Position numbers and translations under genes: made by a program
In this document: positions 9,774 to 23,108 of the stretch, piece after piece
Numbering within the stretch: the stretch's first letter is position 1
Layout of the letters: every line of letters starts with the position of its first letter
Notes under the pieces: model-generated
The model's database searches: none
Seen by the model: only the letters and a program-made list of their open reading frames with translations
Told to the model about the DNA's origin: nothing
NCBI GenBank assembly: GCA_963719315.1
Contig: CAVRBU010000004.1
Coordinates: forward strand, 672,001-736,000
Origin: an uncultured Planctomycetota bacterium
Lineage (GTDB): Bacteria > Planctomycetota > Planctomycetia > Pirellulales > Lacipirellulaceae
DNA length: 64,000 bases
Direction of reading: 5' to 3'

Positions 9774-10991
9774 ATGCCTGCGATTACCTTTGAACAATCC
9801 GGCGCCTTCATCGAGCGGTTCACGCTGCCACCCACGCGCTCCGGCTCGCTCGATGGTTTCACGTTCGCAGTGAAGGATTTGATCGATGTCGCCGGCCATC
9901 ATACGGGCTGCGGCAACCCAACTTGGCTCGCCACGCATCCTCCGGCGACCGTCTCTGCCATCTGCGTCGAGCAACTGCTGGCCGCCGGCGCGCAATGCGA
10001 AGGCAAAACCATTACCGATGAAATCGCATTTAGCCTGCTCGGCGAAAATCACTTCTACGGCACGCCCCTCAACCCGGCTGCGCCCGACCGCGTGCCCGGC
10101 GGTTCCTCCAGCGGCTCCGCCTCCGCAGTGGCCTGTGGCCTCGTCGACTTTGCCCTGGGCACCGACACCGGCGGCTCGGTCCGCATCCCGGCGAGCAACT
10201 GCGGCATCTGGGGCCTGCGGCCATCGCCCGGTTTCATCTCCGTCGCCGGCGTGATGCCCCTTGCCCCCTCGCTCGATACAGTGGGAGTTTTCGCGCGCGA
10301 TTTCGACGCGCTCACACGCGCAGCAGCCGTGCTGCTGCCCTACGACTATCAAACCCCCGCCGGCAAAACGCTCGGCGCGATTCATCTAGTGCGCGAAGCA
10401 TTTGAGTGGATCGACATTGAAGTTCGCGACGCACTGCGCGGCGCCCTCGAATCCCTCCGCAACACATTCGACAATCGCGTCCGCGAATCAACGCTCGCCG
10501 AACTGTGCGGCGACGATCGCGCCGCCAATCCCACAACCTGGCTCACGATCTACCGAGTGCTCCAAGGAACTGAAATGATGAGTTGCCTCGGCTCTTGGAT
10601 GGCCTCGGAGCAGCCGGCGTTTGGTCCGGCGCCGTCGGCCGGTCTGGAGTTCGTCAACAAGCTGGACCGCACGCGCGTAGGCGAATCGATCCAACTTCGC
10701 GAATATTTGTGCCGCCGTTTGAACGCGGTCCTCGCCTCCGGCGACGTGCTCTGCCTGCCATCCGCCCCCACGCTCGCGCCATTCAAAGGCTCGAAAGCCT
10801 ACGACCGCACGAGTGACTATTATCAGCGGACGCTCTCGCTCACGGCGATTGCCGGCGTCTGCCGCCTACCACAAATTTCAATGCCGCTCGGCAATGTGAA
10901 CGGTGCTCCCATCGGCCTGTCCCTCGCCGCGGGCCAGGGAGCGGACGATTATTTGATGAAAATAGCGGAACGTTTAGTTGATCGCGGTTAG
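9774..10991 (+). CDS. Amidase signature family protein
   Basis: FAVKDLIDV, GKTITDE, PGGSSSGSASAVA, LGTDTGGSVRIPASNCG. Confidence 0.9.
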   Translation: MPAITFEQSGAFIERFTLPPTRSGSLDGFTFAVKDLIDVAGHHTGCGNPTWLATHPPATVSAICVEQLLAAGAQCEGKTITDEIAFSLLGENHFYGTPLNPAAPDRVPGGSSSGSASAVACGLVDFALGTDTGGSVRIPASNCGIWGLRPSPGFISVAGVMPLAPSLDTVGVFARDFDALTRAAAVLLPYDYQTPAGKTLGAIHLVREAFEWIDIEVRDALRGALESLRNTFDNRVRESTLAELCGDDRAANPTTWLTIYRVLQGTEMMSCLGSWMASEQPAFGPAPSAGLEFVNKLDRTRVGESIQLREYLCRRLNAVLASGDVLCLPSAPTLAPFKGSKAYDRTSDYYQRTLSLTAIAGVCRLPQISMPLGNVNGAPIGLSLAAGQGADDYLMKIAERLVDRG

Positions 10992-11345
10992 TTCAACCAG
11001 GCCTGATTTGATGTCAGGAACAAGCACAAGACGCCCTCTTGCCATGTGCAGTCCGTCGAAATCGGCGCCTGGCTCAGACATGACAAATCCATTTTCAACG
11101 GGAGGTAACAGCAAAAACTGAGATATTAGGAAGGGCAATACCCTGTTCCATCTCTTAACCACCTCTTCAAACCTGGTTTTCATCCCGATCCAGCCGCTTT
11201 CCACACTTTCCCCCAGTGGTTACAATAACTTGGCCGGCCGCAAGGCTTTGCATCCCGCCTCACGACGCATACGCTGACTGGTAGAGCCTCCGGCGGCATT
11301 CCCGCGATCGATTCCTTCAGCCCAATTAAAGAAGGAGCCCGTTGG

Positions 11346-14300
11346 ATGATTCGTCTTGAATCCCTCTCCCTCGGTTGGCGATCGGCGACAGTGGTAGCTG
11401 TCGTCCTTAGCTTCTCGCCCAATCTCATGGCGGCCGACAAGCCGGCCACCCCCGCCGCGCCCCCGGAAAAGCCGAAGGCCGTCAGCTACTACGCCGAGGT
11501 GCTCCCCATTCTGCAAGCCAATTGCCAGGGCTGCCATCAGCCGGCGAAGGCCAGCGGCAAACTCGATATGACCGTCTTCAAGAGTCTACTCGCTGCCGGC
11601 GAAAGCGGCACTCCTGAGATCGTACCCGGCAAGCCGGGCGACAGTTATCTCATGGATCAAATCACGCCTGATAAAGGCGAGGCGGCAATGCCGAAGGACA
11701 AGCCGCCCCTCGCCGCCAGTGAAATCGCCCTCATCCGCCGCTGGATCGAAGAAGGCGCGAGGGACGACACACCACCCGATACCACGCCGCCAATCGACGC
11801 CGACCATCCGCCCGTTTACAGCGGTCCGCCCGTCATCACGTCGCTCGATTGGTCGCCGAACGGCGAGTTGCTGGCCGTCGCCGGTTTCCACGAAGTGCTG
11901 CTGCAAAAGGCCGATGGCACCGGCCTCGTCGCACGGCTCGTCGGCCTGAGCGAACGGATCGACTCGGTCCGCTTCTCGCCCGATGGCACGAAACTCGCCG
12001 TCACCGGCGGCCGCCCGGCCCGCACTGGCGAAGTGCAAATCTGGGACGTCGCCGAGCACAAGTTACTAATCTCCGTCCCCGTCACGAATGACGATGTCTT
12101 CGGCGCTTCCTGGTCGCCCGATGGCAAACGGGTTGCCTTCGGCTGCACCGATAAGACCATCCGCGCGATTGATGCCGAATCCGGCGAGCAGGTTCTATTC
12201 CAACAGGCCCACGACGACTGGGTACTCGGCACCACGTTCTCGAACGACGGCAGTCACCTGGTGTCGGTCGGCCGTGACATGTCGGCCAAGCTGATCGAGG
12301 TCGCCACGCAGCGGTTCGTCGATAACATCACATCGATCACGCCCGGCGCACTCAAAGGCGGCATTCAAAGCGTCAAAACGCATCCTCTTCGCGACGAGAT
12401 CATCTTCGGCGGCTCCGATGGCACGCCCCGAATCTATCAGATGCAGCGCACGACCGACCGCAAAATCGGTGACGATGCCAACCTGCTGTGGGAATTGCCA
12501 AAGCTGCCGGGGCGCGTGTTTAGCGTCGATATTAGTCGCGATGGTAGCATGATTGCCGCCGGCAGCAGCCTCGATGGTCACGGCAACGTTTACGTATACC
12601 GAATGGATCCGACGCCGAAGATTCCAGACGCCATTCGAAGTATTCTCACCAAGCCCGTCCAGGACCGCTCCGCCGCAGAAACCGCTGAGCTCCATAAGCA
12701 CTTCGAGCAGGGCGTGCAGACTTTGGCGAAGTTCGATGTGGCCGAAGGTGGTGTGTACGCAGTGGCGCTGAGCCCGAAGGGCGATCGCGTCGCCGCCGCC
12801 GGAGGCGACGGCACCGTCCGGCTGATCGACACACAGAAAGGCACGCTCGTTGGGTCGTTCGTGCCAGTCCAAATAAATAAGGAAGCGGCGCAACCCCACT
12901 TGGCTGCGTCCGCTGCGCCGGGTGCGGGTCCGACTGTCGGAGACGCTCGACTACGCGACGGCGAACCGCCCCTCCCGGCCGGCGATCCAATCGTGAAGCT
13001 GGACGTAGTGCCTGCCGCCATCCAGCTCGATAGTCCGGCCCGCTACGCCCAAATCGTGGTGATGGCGGAATTCGCCTCCGGCACGAAGATCAACGTCACC
13101 GGCAATGCAAAGTTCACGTTCTCAGACCCCGTCGCGGTGGCGAATTCGACAGGCCTCGTCACGCCGGCCGCCGATGGACACGCCATGCTCACCATGGCTG
13201 TCGGCGATAAGACCGCCAACATCGACGTCCAAGTGGCCAACCTCGATCACCCGCACTCACCCGATTTCATTCTTGACGTGGCCCCGATCATCGCCCGCGC
13301 CGGTTGCAATGCGGGCACTTGCCACGGTGCGCAGAAAGGCAAAAACGGTTTCAAACTCTCGCTCCGCGGCTACGACCCTGTGTTCGACGTGCGGGCGCTT
13401 ACCGACGACCACGCCTCGCGCCGCGTAAACATCGCCTCGCCCGCCCAAAGCCTGATGCTACTCAAGTCCACTGCGGCCGTGCCCCACACCGGCGGCCAGG
13501 CCATCAAGCCGGGCAGCACCTACTACGAATTGCTTCGCCAATGGATTGCTGCTGGGGCTAAACTCAACCTTGCCTCGTCGCGCGTATCCGGCATCAAAGT
13601 CACGCCGCAGAACCCCGTCGTGGAAACCATCGGTGCTCGGCAACAGATCCGCGTCGTGGCTACCTATGCCGACGGCAGCGAGCGCGATGTCACCCGCGAA
13701 GCGTTCGTCGAAAGCGGTAACACCGATGTCGTCAAAGCGGTGCCCGATGCGCCGGACTGCTCGAATCGCTCCGACGTGGCGAGGCCGCCGCGCTGGTACG
13801 TTACGAAGGCAAGTATGCTGCCACGACGCTGACCGTGATGGGCGATCGCGCCGGCTTCGAGTGGAAAGATCCGCCGGCAAATAATCACATCGACGAGTTG
13901 GTCGCCGCCAAGCTGAAACGCACCAAAACACTCCCCTCAGGCGAGTGCAACGATTATGAATTTGTCCGCCGCGTGTACCTCGATCTCACCGGCCTGCCGC
14001 CGACCCCCGAGCAGGTTCAATCGTTTGTCGATGACAAACGCGAGACGAAACTGAAGCGCGACGAGTTGATCGACCACCTAGTCGGCAACGCTGATTACGT
14101 CGACTTCTGGACGAACAAGTGGGCCGACCTGTTGATGGTCAACCGCAAATACCTCGGCGTTGAAGGCGCAACAGCCTTCCGCAATTGGATTCACGGCGAA
14201 GTGGCCGCCAACCGACCGTACGACCAATTCGCTCGCGAGATCCTCAACGCGGAAGGCTCGACGAAAGACAACCCGGCGGCTTGTTATTTCAAAACGCTGC

Positions 14301-16909
14301 GCACGCCCGAAGCAGTGATGGAAAACACCACGCAGTTGTTCCTGGCCACGCGCTTCAACTGCAACAAGTGCCACGACCACCCGTTCGAACGTTGGACGCA
14401 GGACCAGTACTACGACCTGGCCGCGTATTTCGCGCGGGTCGAACGCACCAAAGACCCAGCGAGCGGCGCCCGGCTCATTGGCGGCTCGGCCGTCGAAGCC
14501 GGACAGCCGCTGTACGAAGTCATATCCGACGGGAAGCAAGGCGAGGTGACACACATTCGCACCGGCGCCGTTGCTCCGCCCACCTTTCCGTTTAGTTGCA
14601 ATCACGGGACGAAGCCGAATGAAACGCGCCGCGAAGAGCTCTCCGCTTGGGTCACTTCGCCCGATAATCCGTATTTCGCCAAGAGTTACGTCAATCGGCT
14701 ATGGGGCTACCTAACCGGCCGCGGCATTATCGAACCGCTCGACGACATCCGCGCCGGCAACCCTCCGACGAACCCCGATCTGCTGGACTATCTCACCGAC
14801 GAGTTCATCAAAAGCGGCTTCAACACCCGCCACGTGATCCAGCTCATTTGCAAATCGCGCACGTACCAGCTTTCGGTCGAAACCAACAAATGGAACGCCG
14901 ACGACCAGGTCAACTTCTCACACGCTCGCGCCCGCCGCTTGCCGGCCGAAGTGCTGTACGACGCGATCTACCGGGCGACCGGCGCTACGTCGTCGTTCGT
15001 CGGCGTCGCGCCCGGCACCCGTGCGGCCACATTGCCCGATGTCGGCGTCGAGCTTCCGGACGGCTTTTTGGGCAACCTCGGCCGCCCGGCCCGCGAAAGC
15101 GTGTGCGAATGTGAGCGTTCGAGCAATTTGCAACTTGGCCCCGTGATGGCCCTCGTCAGCGGCCCGACCGTTGGCGACGCGATCAGCGATCCCGAAAACG
15201 CCGTGGCCAAGCTCGTCGGCGCCGTCAAAGACAATAGCGAAGTCGTGAAGAACCTCTTCCTCCGCTTCCTGAATCGTCCCGGCAAACCGGACGAGGTTAC
15301 GGCTGCCACCAGAATGTTCGACGAGCTCGATGCCGAGAACGCCAAACTCGTCGCCGCACTCGATGCGTACGAGAATGAGCTTGGTCCCAAACTGGCCCAT
15401 CAAGAATTCGAAAGGCAAAAACACCTTGCCGGTTTGCAGACCAAGCTCGAGGCTTACCGCGAAATCGCGAAGCTGCGCGAGCCGCGCGCAGCATTAGAGC
15501 GCGATGAGCGAATCGCCAAGGCTTCGGCCGCATTGGCGAGCTACGACAAGCAGCTTGTGGCGAAAGTTCCCGAATGGGAAGCGGCCCAAAAGACGCAAAC
15601 CAAGTGGTATCCGATTGAACCAATCGACATGCGGGCATCGTTCCGCGCAAATTCGAACGGCAGGCGGACGATTCAATCTTCGTGCAAACCGGCAAGGGCA
15701 AGGGATTCTATCGCATTGTCGCCCCCGTTGCGCTCAATGAAATCACGGGCATCCGGCTCGATGCACTTGCCGATGCTCGCCTTCCGAGTCGCGGCCCCGG
15801 TCGCGGTCAAGACGGCAATTTCGTCGTCACCGAGTTTGTCGCTCGCTCGCTGCCCGCCGGCGAACTCACGAAGCTCGTTCGCAGTTGGGACTTCTCCGCC
15901 ACCGAAACAGATTGGCAAGCGGAAGACGGCGCCAAAGTCGTCGCCGACTCGGGAATGCGCCACTTGTTCGGCAACGGCCAGCGCGCCGGGCTTAAGACCG
16001 CCGTTAAGGCGCCGGCCGGCATGTACCTGTTGGATATCGTGACGGGCATTCGCCCGACCGTGCCAATCACGGTTCAATGGACCACGGCTCACGCCAAGAA
16101 ATTCGATGAAGCCCACGCTGCTAGCCGTGTGCTTCGGGCCGGCGACGGTGGCAGCCTCGCGACGCCGATCGCGATCGAGGCAGATGCCGAACTTACCGGC
16201 CTGCGAATCACCGTCGATGACGAGGAAACCGTACTCCCCATCGACGCCGTTCGCCTGTTCTCATCCACTGCGGCTGCCGCGACCGACATCAAGTTGCAAC
16301 AAGCAGAAGCTACTTTCAGCCAAGACCATTACGACATCAAGACGGCGATTGATGGAAATACTGACGCAATCGAACTGAATGGCTGGGCTATCGCACCGCA
16401 GTTCGGCCGCGACCATTCAGCAAAATTCGAGCTGGCGAAGCCGGTCATTGGCGCAAAAGGTAGTTTGCTCGAAATCACGATTCATCAAAACTATTCAAGT
16501 GGCAAGCTCCCCCTGGGCGCTTCCGCATATCTGTCACCGACTCGAAACCGCCTCTTAATTACGGCACATCGTCCGCGATCGAGGAGATTCTCGCTAAAGA
16601 TGCCCACCAACGGACTAAGGCCGAGCGGAAAACTTTGCTCGATCAATTCCGCGCGGAAGACAAACACTATCAAGAGTTGCAGGCGGCGCTGAACGAGGCA
16701 AAACAAATGATGCCTGCCGACCCGCAGGTGAAAGAACTCGAAGCGCAGCTTGCCGCGGCGAGCCAGCCGCTGCCGATCGATCCCAAGCTCCAGCAGATGC
16801 GCCGGGCCGTCGAGCTCAGCCAAGAACAGCTCAAAAACAAACGATTGACGGTCGCCCAGGATGTCGTCTGGGCGTAATCAATAACCCCGCGTTCTTGTAT
16901 AACCATTAG
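11346..16909 (+). CDS. Giant secreted cytochrome c / WD40 / Ig-like / DUF1549 / DUF1553 protein (~1850 aa); four frameshifts near 13755, 15650, 16515 and 16875
   Basis: CQGCH planctomycete cytochrome c; WD40 repeats; GCNAGTCHG...GFKLSLRG; FVRRVYLDLTGLPP; CNKCHDHPFERW; NRLWGYLTGRGIIEPLDD; GRPARESVCECER; C-terminal WA(L)INNPAFLYNH*; adding 4 nt gives an exact multiple of 3. Confidence 0.8.
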
Positions 16910-16910
16910 C

Positions 16911-16973
16911 GTAGGTCAGCCTGGAGGCTGACGCATATCCGAGCGAGGCATGTCAGGCCAAAGCCTGACTTAC
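16911..16973. repeat. GTAG-type REP doublet
   Basis: GTAG-GTCAGCC-TGGA-GGCTGAC ... GTCAGGC-CAAA-GCCTGAC-TTAC; related single unit at 34161-34182. Confidence 0.7.
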
Positions 16974-16990
16974 ACAAAGCGAGGCCGCCC

Positions 16991-18474
<1,484 letters not shown>

Positions 18475-18551
18475 GATTGTTCAAACAGTTAGCAATGTAA
18501 CGGCCCGTATAGCCGCCGGCCTACGGCCAGCCGAGCTCGCGCGGCATCACT

Positions 18552-20084
18552 TTACGCCGCCCGCTTCGCCGCGTTCTTCTTGCCCTGCCCCGGCTTGGCT
18601 TTTTTTCCGCCATTCGCCGCGTGAACCTGCGGCTTTGCTTCCGGCTGCTTGTGCAATATCAGCTTCAACTCGTTCACAACCTCCGGCTTTTCATCCGCCA
18701 GATTCTTGTTCTCGCCCGGGTCCGTCTGGTAATCGTACAACTCGAACACTGCCGTCTCCGGATCGGCCCCCGGCACCTTCCACTCCACCAGCCGATAGCG
18801 CTCCGTCCGCACCGCCCGCCCGATGCGATTCCCGCGCGGATACACGTGCAGGATCGCGTCCTTCGTTGGCGCCTTGGGGTCATCGAACAACTTTGCGAAG
18901 CTCGCCCCATCGAGTCCTTCCGGCACTGGCAGCTCGGCCAATTTGCAAAGCGTCGGATAGATATCGACCGACTCCACCAGGGCATCCGACTTGCCGCGAC
19001 CATCTTTCGCCAGCGGATCAGCCACGATCAACGGAATGTGCGCTGCCTCCTCGTAGTTCGTGTGTTTGCACCACATACCGTGGTCGCCAAGGTGCCAACC
19101 ATGATCGCCCCAGAGCACGATGATCGTGTTTTTCGCGAGCCCGAGCTCGTCGAGTGCCGCCAGCACGCGGCCGACTTGCGCGTCCACGTAGCTGACCGCC
19201 GCATGGTAACCGTGGATCAGTTTCCGAGCATCGTCGTCCGGCACCGGTCCCTGTTCTGGCATCCCCGCATAGTTGCGTAGTTCGCCGAACGTCGTCGGCG
19301 CAAAAGGCGGAGCGCCGTCCGGCGGCGAGCGCCGCTCCGCCAATTTTAGGCGAGACGGATCGTACAAATCCCAATACTTCTTCGGCGCACAAAATGGCAA
19401 ATGTGGCTTCAAGAAGCCGACCGCCAAAAAGAAAGGCGCCTCCGGCTTTTCGGCGGCGCCCTGGAGCCGTCGAATCGCCTCGTCCGCAATCTGGCCATCT
19501 GGGTACTTGTTGTCCGGTACATCGGCCGACTCATACGGCGCGCCACGCGGTAGCTTATTCGCTCTCGCCCCTGCCACGTTGTTGAACAGCGCCGCTTCGC
19601 GCGAACCGCCATTGGCTGCCATGTTTTCCTTGAGAACGTAATGCACGATATCAGCTTTCCAATACGGTACGCTCCACGACGCCGGATCTTCGTGATTGCC
19701 GTGTCCGCGGTGAAAAATCTTCCCCATTCCCTCCGTGCGGTAGCTGTGTTGCTTGAAATACTGTGGCAACGTCACCACATCTGGAGCGGCCACACGAAAA
19801 TTCGTTCCGAGGTCGTAGATTCCGAGCGTCGTTGGCCGCAACCCGGTCAGCAATGAATTCCGCGACGGTGCGCATACCGCCTGATTGCAATACGCCCGAT
19901 TGAATTGCAAGCCACGCGCAGCCAACCCGTCGATATTCGGCGACTTGATGGTCGCGTCGCCATAGCAACCGAGCATCGGCTTCAGATCGTCCACGCAGAT
20001 GAAAAGTATGCTGGGCCTCTCGGCCGCACTTGCAGCCGAAAACAGACCTAGCGCGGATAGAATTGTCGGCATGATGTATCGCAT
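18552..20084 (-). CDS. Sulfatase (iduronate-2-sulfatase-like, S1 family)
   Basis: Signal peptide; ICVDDLKP, CAPSRNSLLTG (CxPxR), GKIFH, KPHLPF, GDHGWHLGDHGMWCKH. Confidence 0.9.
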   Translation of the reverse strand: MRYIMPTILSALGLFSAASAAERPSILFICVDDLKPMLGCYGDATIKSPNIDGLAARGLQFNRAYCNQAVCAPSRNSLLTGLRPTTLGIYDLGTNFRVAAPDVVTLPQYFKQHSYRTEGMGKIFHRGHGNHEDPASWSVPYWKADIVHYVLKENMAANGGSREAALFNNVAGARANKLPRGAPYESADVPDNKYPDGQIADEAIRRLQGAAEKPEAPFFLAVGFLKPHLPFCAPKKYWDLYDPSRLKLAERRSPPDGAPPFAPTTFGELRNYAGMPEQGPVPDDDARKLIHGYHAAVSYVDAQVGRVLAALDELGLAKNTIIVLWGDHGWHLGDHGMWCKHTNYEEAAHIPLIVADPLAKDGRGKSDALVESVDIYPTLCKLAELPVPEGLDGASFAKLFDDPKAPTKDAILHVYPRGNRIGRAVRTERYRLVEWKVPGADPETAVFELYDYQTDPGENKNLADEKPEVVNELKLILHKQPEAKPQVHAANGGKKAKPGQGKKNAAKRAA

Positions 20085-20111
20085 AGGAGTTACCTTCTTC
20101 AAGAAACGGCA

Positions 20112-20196
20112 AACCACGGATGTCGCGGATAACGCGGATGATGTCGCGGCTGGAGATATTGTAATTCCATCCGAGTGATGCGTGCTATCCGCGGTT
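20112..20196. repeat. Inverted array of degenerate 9-mers (nnnCGGAT)
   Basis: AACCACGGAT-GTCGCGGAT-AACGCGGAT ... ATCCGAGTG-ATGCGTGCT-ATCCGCGGTT. Confidence 0.55.
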
Positions 20197-20270
20197 ATTC
20201 TCCAAAGCATTTGAGAAAACTCGCGCCAAGTCGCAGAAAACGCGGGGCTTAATTGAACCACGACGACACT

Positions 20271-20342
20271 GCGGGAGGCGTCTCTGACGCCGATGGGCCG
20301 GCAAATCGTAACCCGGCATCGGTCTCGGAGAGGCCTTCCCAC
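20271..20342. repeat. Degenerate REP-like doublet (GTGG/GCGG variant)
   Basis: GCGGGAGGCGTC-TCT-GACGCCGAT ... ATCGGTCTC-GGA-GAGGCCTTCCCAC. Confidence 0.5.
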
Positions 20343-20477
20343 GATCTCCTTCACAACTCAGCCATCAATAGTGTGCCACAACTAAAGACGAATCGCCATC
20401 GTCGCTGGCGTAGCCCCAAGCATGTAGGTAGGATAAATAGCCCCTCTGCACCGTGCAATGCAATTAGGTACTTCAAG

Positions 20478-21860
20478 ATGATATGCAATCGTCTTTTGTT
20501 GCTGGCGACCCTAGTCATTTCATCGTTCGGTGCAGTCTGCCTTGCCGCCGACAAGAAGCCGAATATCATCCTCATCATGGCCGATGATCTCGGCTACGAA
20601 ACGCTCTGCGCAGACGGCGGCGCCACCTACAAAACCCCCAACCTCGATCGCCTCGCCGCCACCGGCATGCGGTTCGACCGTTGCAATGTGCAGCCGCTTT
20701 GCACGCCGACGCGCGTGCAACTCATGACCGGCATGGTCAACGCCCGCAACTACATCGAATTCGGCACGATGGATCCGCAGGCCACTACGTTCGGCAACCT
20801 CTTGAAAAACGCCGGCTACGCCACCGCCATCGCCGGCAAGTGGCAGCTCGGCCACGACAAGGGCCTGCCGCGGCGGTTTGGTTTCGATGAAGCGTGCCTC
20901 TGGCAACACACGCGCCGCCCGCCGCGCTACGCCAACCCCGGCCTTGAATACAACGCCGAAGAGCGCGACTTCCACAACGGCGAATATGGCCCGACCCTCG
21001 TCAACGACTTTGCGCTCCAGTTCATCACCAAGAACGAGTCAAAACCATTTTTCCTGTACTACCCGATGATTCTCACGCACGCGCCCTACCAGCCGACGCC
21101 CGATAGCCCCGACTGGGATCCAAAGGCGAGCGACGAAAAAGCTGGCAAGGACGTCAAGCACTTCGCCGACATGGTCGCATACATGGATAAAATGGTCGGC
21201 CGCGTCGTCAATAAGGTCGATGAGCTTGGAATCCGCGACAACACGCTCATCATCTTCCTCGGCGACAACGGCACCGGCCAAGGCGTGACTTCGCAGCTCA
21301 AAGGCGCTGCCTACTCGGGCGGAAAAGGTCTCACCAATGCGCGCGGTATGCACGTGCCCCTCATCGCCAATTGGCCAGGAAAGACGCCCGCGGGCAGTGT
21401 GAATGACGACCTCATCGATAGCACCGACTTCTTCCCCACGGTTTGCGAAGCCGCCGGCGCGGAGGTTCCCACCTCCCTCACGATCGATGGCCACAGCTTC
21501 CTGCCACAGCTTGAGGGTAAGAAGGGCGAACCCCGCGAGTGGATTTTCACGTGGTATTCCAAGAACGGCACGCCACCCATCCGCGAGTTCGTCGCCACGA
21601 AGGAGTATAAGCTCTATCGCAACGGCCGCTTCTTTGATCTGAAGAAAGACCCCTTTGAAGCTCAGCCACCGCAACAACTCGCCGACCTTACGGGCGATGA
21701 AGCCGCCACCGCCAAAAAGTTGAAAGCCGTCCTCGCCCAATACGCCGACGCCCGCCCGTCCGCGCTCCGCAAAACCGCGGAAAGCGCGCCCGCGAAGCGG
21801 CCCAGAAAAAACGCCGCCCGCCGAATACGCCGCAACAATAACAACGAAAACGACGAATAG
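20478..21860 (+). CDS. Sulfatase (arylsulfatase A-like)
   Basis: KPNIILIMADDLGY, CTPTRVQLMTG, AGKWQL, FLGDNG. Confidence 0.9.
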   Translation: MICNRLLLLATLVISSFGAVCLAADKKPNIILIMADDLGYETLCADGGATYKTPNLDRLAATGMRFDRCNVQPLCTPTRVQLMTGMVNARNYIEFGTMDPQATTFGNLLKNAGYATAIAGKWQLGHDKGLPRRFGFDEACLWQHTRRPPRYANPGLEYNAEERDFHNGEYGPTLVNDFALQFITKNESKPFFLYYPMILTHAPYQPTPDSPDWDPKASDEKAGKDVKHFADMVAYMDKMVGRVVNKVDELGIRDNTLIIFLGDNGTGQGVTSQLKGAAYSGGKGLTNARGMHVPLIANWPGKTPAGSVNDDLIDSTDFFPTVCEAAGAEVPTSLTIDGHSFLPQLEGKKGEPREWIFTWYSKNGTPPIREFVATKEYKLYRNGRFFDLKKDPFEAQPPQQLADLTGDEAATAKKLKAVLAQYADARPSALRKTAESAPAKRPRKNAARRIRRNNNNENDE

Positions 21861-21862
21861 CA

Positions 21863-21922
21863 GCGGGTGCCACTGGCCATGCCAGTGTTCCGGGTGCCAC
21901 TGCTGGGTTGCTCAGCAGTGCT
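21863..21922. repeat. Two tandem hairpin units starting CGGGTGCCACTG
   Basis: CGGGTGCCACTGGC-CAT-GCCAGTG then CGGGTGCCACTGCTGGG-TTG-CTCAGCAGTG, directly after the sulfatase stop. Confidence 0.5.
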
Positions 21923-21968
21923 TTGGAATGCGACCAGTTTGCACAATTCGGTTTACTAGGGTGTCCAA

Positions 21969-23108
21969 ATGAGCATTCCTCGCAAGACGCACGAAAGATG
22001 TAGCGAGCTTGTCCTGCTTGTTTTGCTGTTGATGCATTCACCCGCTTCTGGCGAAACGCCCCGCTACCCCAACCACGACGACCTCACCTACTATCTGAAA
22101 TCCGACGGCAGTCGCGTCCCCATCCGCACGCCCGCCGACTGGCGACACCGCCGCGCCGATATTATTGCCGGTATGGAAGAAGTGATGGGCCCTTTGCCCC
22201 ATCCGGAGAATCCCGTCCCTCTCGACATTCAAACTATCGAAGAGCATCACGGCGACGGCGTCATCCGCCGTAAACTCGCGTACCATACCGACGACCCAAA
22301 GATGCGCGTCACGGCGTGGCTCCTACTCCCTCTCCCTCCGGGAGAGGGTCGGGATGAGGGTGCCTCCTCTCCCGCTTCCAAACGCCGTCCCGCTGTGTTG
22401 TGTCTGCACCAGACAACCCCGAACGGCAAGTACTCGCCCGCCGGCTTGTCGGACCGTCCCACGATGCACTACGCGCTGGAACTCACCCAGCGCGGTTACG
22501 TCACGCTCTCGCCCGATTATCCGTCGTTCGGCGAATATCCCTACGACTTCGACGCCGACGACTACCAAAGCGGCACGATGAAAGCCATCTACGACAACAT
22601 GCGCGCGATCGAGCTCTTGCAATCACTCCCCGAAGTCGACCCCGACCGCATCGGTTGCATCGGCCACTCGCTCGGCGGCCACAACAGTCTGTTCACCGCC
22701 GCCTTCGACCCACGCATCAAAGCCGTCGTCACTTCCTGCGGCTTCACGAGCTTCCACAAATACATGGCCGGTGATCTGCACGGCTGGAGCAGCCCTCGCT
22801 ACATGCCCCTCATCGGTACGAAGTACAATTACTCGCCCGATCGCATGCCGTTCGACTTCCCCGAAGTCCTCGCCGCCATCGCCCCTCGCGCGATCTTCGT
22901 CGTCGCCCCGCTCCACGACAATAACTTCGACATCGCGGGCGTCCGCGATTGCCTGACCGCCGCCCGGCCGATCTTCAAACTCCTCGGCCATCCCGACCAC
23001 CTCCAAGCCGTCCACCCCGACAGCAATCACGACTTCCCGGACGCCGAACGAGACCAATCCTACGTATTCCTCGACCGCGTGTTAAACCGCGCCGTCTCTG
23101 CTCCATAA
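21969..23108 (+). CDS. Secreted alpha/beta hydrolase (dienelactone hydrolase / acetyl-xylan-esterase-like)
   Basis: PAVLCLHQT, RIGCIGHSLGG nucleophile elbow, FDPRIKAVVTSCG, HDFP. Confidence 0.8.
   Translation: MSIPRKTHERCSELVLLVLLLMHSPASGETPRYPNHDDLTYYLKSDGSRVPIRTPADWRHRRADIIAGMEEVMGPLPHPENPVPLDIQTIEEHHGDGVIRRKLAYHTDDPKMRVTAWLLLPLPPGEGRDEGASSPASKRRPAVLCLHQTTPNGKYSPAGLSDRPTMHYALELTQRGYVTLSPDYPSFGEYPYDFDADDYQSGTMKAIYDNMRAIELLQSLPEVDPDRIGCIGHSLGGHNSLFTAAFDPRIKAVVTSCGFTSFHKYMAGDLHGWSSPRYMPLIGTKYNYSPDRMPFDFPEVLAAIAPRAIFVVAPLHDNNFDIAGVRDCLTAARPIFKLLGHPDHLQAVHPDSNHDFPDAERDQSYVFLDRVLNRAVSAP

Noticed and set aside
10992..11240. Lower-GC stretch with a 76-aa minus-strand ORF (10974..11204)
   Set aside because: No recognisable motif, RBS or RNA structure in any frame; it could be a foreign remnant but I cannot support a call
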